This document shows, one piece after another, positions 58,810 through 64,000 of a stretch of DNA of 64,000 bases; within the stretch, counting starts at the first letter, position 1; each line of letters begins with the position of its first letter. The stretch is taken from positions 548,174 through 612,173 of the forward strand of contig NMRA01000209.1 in assembly GCA_002633005.1 (NCBI GenBank), given 5' to 3'. This DNA comes from Phoronis australis (Eukaryota; Animalia; Phoronida). Both the position numbers and the translations under genes were made by a program. The notes below the pieces were generated by a model. It was not told the DNA's origin. It made no database searches and saw only the letters and a list, made by a program, of their open reading frames with translations.

Positions 58810-61044
58810 TAATCTATTTATCTTATGCACCCCATTGAGGATTCTTTAAAGAAGCGGGTTTGCACAGATTGCTCCGCTTGTATCAACGATGATTGCAGAT
58901 CGCGTGACACGTATACGTGCTCGCAACATTTTTATGAATGAATTTTTGTAGCCTGCATGACACGGCAGTTCAAGTTGCATTTTACAGCAGCTATAGGCTT
59001 GGTGTGCATATCATCCTATTTTCACTATTTTCGTCAGTGTTTGGGCTAAATCTATTTCTAAGTTAAAGTTTACTTACATTTCTGACGACTTTTCTTGACT
59101 TCGTTGAGTAATATCTGTGCAGGGCTCCCAGACGGCTGATGCACGTTCAGACGCTTCTTAAAAGTGCTCCTAATTGCGCGCGGTTCTTATCATTTTTAGG
59201 TTGGAAGTATTCCGAAATTTATAATTTAATTGACAAAAATAAGTGTTTACAGCATTTGCAGCTTTACTTTACGGCTCGACGTATTTTGATTGTTTTTGAG
59301 AACGAATTTAAAAATTGACTCATATTTGACCGTAGAAAACCTCATCTGATGTGGTGCAATCGGCGACCAAAGGGTGGCATGCATTCGTATTATTTATTGC
59401 TTTCCTAATGCCATATATATTGTGCTAAGTTTGGATTTTTTTAAGTTTTCTGCTCACGTGTAAAATTTTTCGCTATACTAGGAAAAATTGTTGACAATGT
59501 TTTTATTCCCCTTTCTGTTTATTTTTGAAAACGCATATCATAATATTGGCATGAAAAACATTGCGCAAAGAGCTCAACCCAAAGTGATGCAATATATATT
59601 CTGCCTCGTGGAGTATCACTTCATGTACGCCAATCGAGGTACCTTTTGTATATATCCCATGCGCTTCGAATTCCTAAGTTTCTTTCATTTTTCCGTAGAT
59701 TTTTAAATACTTCACTCAGACTGTTCACGTGGCAGATCACATCCTATATGTATGTACTTGCACGTTAGCCTGCAAGTTTTCTCTAGTAAAAGAAACAGTT
59801 TTAAATGCGACGATTTATTACTTGAAAGAGGTAACAAAGATGAAAGCACGGATAACTTTTCATTGAACATGTAACATCTCCTGAAAATGGTTAAATAACA
59901 ACAATATTTGATATTGTAGTTATCGAGGAATCGGCAGCTGAGTTGCAGACGAGAAAATATTTAGCAAACGAAAACTGAGACAGAACTGTCATCTAATTAA
60001 CAGTCCTGTTCCAGATGTTACGATTGAGACCCGATTGTATGTTGAGCGTTATTGACAGTGCTATAATTGCACTACTTTAAACTATTTTCCAAAAGTTTGG
60101 TGATCGAACAGGCTAACGACATCGAGTCCACATTGACCTACTTTTTGAACTTTCCATGTCAGAGGTCACTGTTGAAGTAGTGCGGGACGTGAATTCGGGA
60201 AAATTTATTACATGGCCGTATATCCCTCGACTGATTCAACGCGTATGGGATAAGCTATCATATTTCTTCTAACTTTAGTGTATTGTGTGCACAAGAAGAG
60301 ATTATGGCGAGAATGAAGACATTCGTATTCAACGCGCGTTGAATATGGAAAAGTAGGTCCTCGATCCATAATAAACTTCACAATACAACCCGTATTTCAT
60401 GGCCATACTATCATGCGTATAGAATGAAACAAAAATATACAATCCTTATTAAACATCAGTTGTAATATCCTGAGCATTGCCCATGAACAACACGCAAATA
60501 AATGTTATTCCAGTTGTATGGATCGGCAATATGTTTTAGGCCATACTAAAGATTCAACTTAACCAGCGAGTGAGTCGTGTGATACTGTCTGATATTAACA
60601 GGGTAGTGACAGAAAAAAATCTGGAAAATGGTGTAGCCGATGGCTTCTTTGCTCACCAGCATTAGGTACTGTATATTAGTATCTCCCTAATTTAACACTG
60701 CCAATCAGTTTTATCCGTCGCATTTACTGTACCAAAAACCGTTAATCGAAATTTAACATATTCAGTTCAGTCAATGCCTATCGCTAATTAATCTACAGCT
60801 TGGGGCCCGACACAAAACCGGGGCCTCACCTCGTACGACAGGCCCTAAAAGGCCTATCAACAATTTCGTCCGGGGAGACCTGGAGCAGAAACTTGGAACA
60901 CGTGGTGAAAACAGATGAGTGTAGCTGAACAATTAACTCAACGGGAAATTGTGGCGGACGCGGAGGAGATCAAGGGGAGGCTGTGGTGACCAGGGCCACC
61001 ACACTTCCTATATCCTAATCACCCTGAGAAACTTTTTCACTGTG

Positions 61045-64000
61045 ATATATATTTATTGAAGGATAAACAGAACATACAAAGAAATAATAACAAACCCAGA
61101 AACCGCGAAGCATTATATCTGGGTTGTAAACAATTCATAAATGAAACTTATATACATAGAGGTATATACAATTAAGTAGTATCTAAAATAAGTATTCCAA
61201 TACTTAGACATGCTATTACAGATATATAAAAACAAAAATATTTACAGATTCATGTAGGGAAATCAGATGCAACAATATTGATAAACGGTATATAAAAATT
61301 TGCTAACGTTGCTTAGGAGGAATTCGTTAAGAACAAAGTCAAGGTTAGGACTACCATTCAGTAATAATGTAACTCTAGTAGGGATATTATTACAAGAATT
61401 GAGAGCGTTAACAACTGATTGGTTATCATTGAGTGCACGAAAGAGTGAGTCTCTCAGGGATTCGATGAGGGGACATTTGAAGAAAATATGAGGATAAGAT
61501 TGATGGTCACCACATTTACAGTTTGGAGATACATTACTAAAGTTGTGCCTGAACTTGTCAGAGTTGAGGAAAAGGCCACATCTTGATCTGTACAATGCTA
61601 TTTCGTTATCGCGGGTAAGGGAGAATTGAGTCAAGGGTGTTGAGTTATCAAAATTATGAAAAACAGTTCTAAAATTATTTTTTATACTCGTAAAAGAGTT
61701 GCTTTCCTTAACAGAGACTGGAAGAGAATTCCAGTTGTTGATGCACATCATGACTGTAGACCTTCTGAATGCCTGACTGAACGACGGAGGAATTGCATAT
61801 GGGGTGGAGAATCTCAAATCACTACGATGGCCTTGTCTAATATATAGATCAAATATTTTTTTGACAGACACGTTGTTGACATTGTTTATTACCTTGAACG
61901 TAAATGTGGTCATGTGAAGATTGCGTCGAGTAGACAGTTTGGGCCACTTGAGATTATTCAAAACCTTAACACTATTGGATCCCCTGTAAGCTCCAGTTAT
62001 GAGTAAGGCGGCTTGATATTGTAACTTCTCCAAATGTTGGAGTGCACCCGTATTGGCAGACTGATATATAATATCACAATAATCAATGTGTGGAAGTACA
62101 AAGGACTTGAACAAAACTTCTAAATGTGTAGAATTCAGATGACGAGAGACAAGCTTAAGTGGGTTAATTAGTTCCTGAGTTTTTTGTACGAGCTCCCGAA
62201 CGTGAGGGGTGAATGAGAGTTTTTCATCTAACAGTATACCCAGATGTCTGTGCGACTGTTTTCTAGGAATGATTTCATCATTAAGTTTAAGGTCATAAGA
62301 CGGGTCAACAAGGAAGAGAGCATTAATAGATTTGGAGAAGGTAAGGTCAACGCTTTTTTCTGGTTTAAAATTCATTCTCCATTCTTGTGACCAATAGCTT
62401 AGTTTATTTAAGTCGTGTTGAAGCTGCAAAGAACATTCAGGGCTGCTCCCTGCGAAGGGGTAAAAAAGCGCCGTGTCATCTGCATAAAGGTATGTGCTAC
62501 ATGACAGGTTATCAGGAAGGTCATTAATATAAACCAAGAAGAGAAGAGGGCCCAATACGCTACCCTGCGGTACACCTGCGTTTACAAATCCAGGATGGGA
62601 TAAAATTGAAAGTACGCCATCGACACGAACACTGTATGTTCTTTCGGAGAGATATGAGGTGATCATGTTTAAAAGATTACCAGTAATGCCATAGGATCGA
62701 AGTTTGTGAAGTAGAAGGTCGTGAGGGACACAGTCGAAAGCAGAAGCTATATCTAGAAAAATGGACCTGACACTCTCTCCCTTCTCAAAATGTAAATGAA
62801 TCTCATGTACTATTTCAACAAGTTGTGCCACGGTGCTGTTCCCACGCAAAAAACCAAATTGACGATGATAGATCAAGTTGTTTTGTTTGAGAAATGTAAG
62901 AATACTTTGAGCAATGATCTTCTCAAAGATTTTGGACAGGGTGTTAAGTAATGTTATTGGGCGATAATTTGAAATTTCAGTTTTGGAGCCTTTTTTGTGT
63001 ATGGGGACCATAATTCCATGTTTCCAAGAAGACGGATAAATGCCTAGCTGAAGAAGTTTGTTAAACAGATTGGTCAGGGGCATGGTAATTTCGTTGGCAA
63101 TCATTTTGATCATCTTGCTGGTTATTAAAGCTGTGCCATCATTCTTATTGGGGTCAATTTCATTGAGATACTTCCGGACATCAGTTTGATTAGCCGGGAT
63201 GTCAGACAGTTGATTGAGACAACGTTCACGAAGAAAGGGAAAGTTACTTACTTCAGTTGGTGTAATGTGGCTTTTGTTCGTGAAAAATTTGAGAAACAAA
63301 TCACACTTGTCACTACTACGTGAGGCTAGGTTACCATTATAGTTGATGACAGGATAGGAGGATTGCTGTTGACTGCCGCGTATTTTATTGATGATGTTCC
63401 AGTATTCTTTGGAATTCTTGCTTGCGCTGTTAATTTGTTGAAAAAGCTTGTGTCGGTGATCAGCTTTGGCTTGATTTACTAAAGTTTCAACCAGACGTGA
63501 CTGCTCCTTGTATCTGTTGTAGATTATAGTGTTGTTAGATCTTCTGAAAGAGCTGTAAAGTCTGTTTCTTGTGCGGATTGCCCGTTTAACATTACTGTTG
63601 AACCACGGTTTGCTGTTGTGTTTAATTATCTTTTCAGTTGATGGGATGTTGTTTTTTAAGATTTCATAGAGAGTACTAGTGAAGAGTGAAACAGTGTCAT
63701 CAATGTCGCCAGTGTTCAATATGGAATCCCAGTCAGTGTTGGTGATATCCTGACGCAGTTTATCGGTGTCGACCTGATCATATTTCCAGTTGGTTCGAGT
63801 GGTGTGTTGCTCTTTAACCGGTTTTTTAAGTGTTAGAGTGGTTTCGATAGTGTGGTGATCAGAATTGCCAACAGGAGGTAGTACAGAACATGAGTCAATG
63901 ATACTCAAATTGTTTGTTATACACAGGTCAATACATGAATGAGAAACGTCGGTGATACGGGTTGGCTCATTAATTAGTTGTATGCAGTCATTAGACAATA
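61045..64000 (-). mobile_element. LINE, probably of the CR1/L2 group, with 3' UTR
   Basis: ORF2 as above, followed by a 3' UTR of about 210 nt with a stem-loop (aacccaga 61093-61100 pairing with tctgggtt 61118-61125), AATAAA on the minus strand at 61052-61057 and a short (TA)n tail. The clade assignment is inferred from motif style. Confidence 0.85.
61263..63998 (-). CDS. Non-LTR retrotransposon ORF2 (endonuclease C-terminus, reverse transcriptase, CCHC-like tail); 5' end outside the window
   Basis: Uninterrupted 911-aa frame containing PTR..SCIDL and SDH (APE endonuclease end), YRPITLL, QFGF, FLDIASAFD, GVPQGSVLGPLLFLVYINDLP, YADD, HLGILLD and C-terminal CKCGDHQSYPHIFFKCP. Confidence 0.95.
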   Translation of the reverse strand: MSNDCIQLINEPTRITDVSHSCIDLCITNNLSIIDSCSVLPPVGNSDHHTIETTLTLKKPVKEQHTTRTNWKYDQVDTDKLRQDITNTDWDSILNTGDIDDTVSLFTSTLYEILKNNIPSTEKIIKHNSKPWFNSNVKRAIRTRNRLYSSFRRSNNTIIYNRYKEQSRLVETLVNQAKADHRHKLFQQINSASKNSKEYWNIINKIRGSQQQSSYPVINYNGNLASRSSDKCDLFLKFFTNKSHITPTEVSNFPFLRERCLNQLSDIPANQTDVRKYLNEIDPNKNDGTALITSKMIKMIANEITMPLTNLFNKLLQLGIYPSSWKHGIMVPIHKKGSKTEISNYRPITLLNTLSKIFEKIIAQSILTFLKQNNLIYHRQFGFLRGNSTVAQLVEIVHEIHLHFEKGESVRSIFLDIASAFDCVPHDLLLHKLRSYGITGNLLNMITSYLSERTYSVRVDGVLSILSHPGFVNAGVPQGSVLGPLLFLVYINDLPDNLSCSTYLYADDTALFYPFAGSSPECSLQLQHDLNKLSYWSQEWRMNFKPEKSVDLTFSKSINALFLVDPSYDLKLNDEIIPRKQSHRHLGILLDEKLSFTPHVRELVQKTQELINPLKLVSRHLNSTHLEVLFKSFVLPHIDYCDIIYQSANTGALQHLEKLQYQAALLITGAYRGSNSVKVLNNLKWPKLSTRRNLHMTTFTFKVINNVNNVSVKKIFDLYIRQGHRSDLRFSTPYAIPPSFSQAFRRSTVMMCINNWNSLPVSVKESNSFTSIKNNFRTVFHNFDNSTPLTQFSLTRDNEIALYRSRCGLFLNSDKFRHNFSNVSPNCKCGDHQSYPHIFFKCPLIESLRDSLFRALNDNQSVVNALNSCNNIPTRVTLLLNGSPNLDFVLNEFLLSNVSKFLYTVYQYCCI

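Overview
This is AT-rich, intron-rich eukaryotic DNA from a draft assembly (two N gaps and several single-n joins). An invertebrate animal source is inferred from the gene content and repeat types; the species cannot be determined from the sequence. Three spliced genes can be rebuilt exon by exon with consistent phases: KRI1 (minus strand, 17 exons, 795 aa), PEX3 (plus strand, 11 exons, 368 aa) and a secreted C-type lectin (minus strand, 3 exons, 196 aa). KRI1 and PEX3 are head-to-head with only 143 bp between their start codons. The window also holds an orphan thrombospondin type-1 exon, a decayed intron-containing THAP/hAT-like transposase with nested MITEs, an uninterrupted LINE ORF2 that runs off the right edge, two tRNA-derived SINE-like heads, and many MITEs, palindromes and minisatellites. 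I found no convincing new multi-gene system. The most unusual signals are two GC-AG introns and a triplicated splice donor in KRI1, a possible TSP1-lectin splice chimera, and nested transposon structures. All exon coordinates were read by eye and need transcript confirmation.
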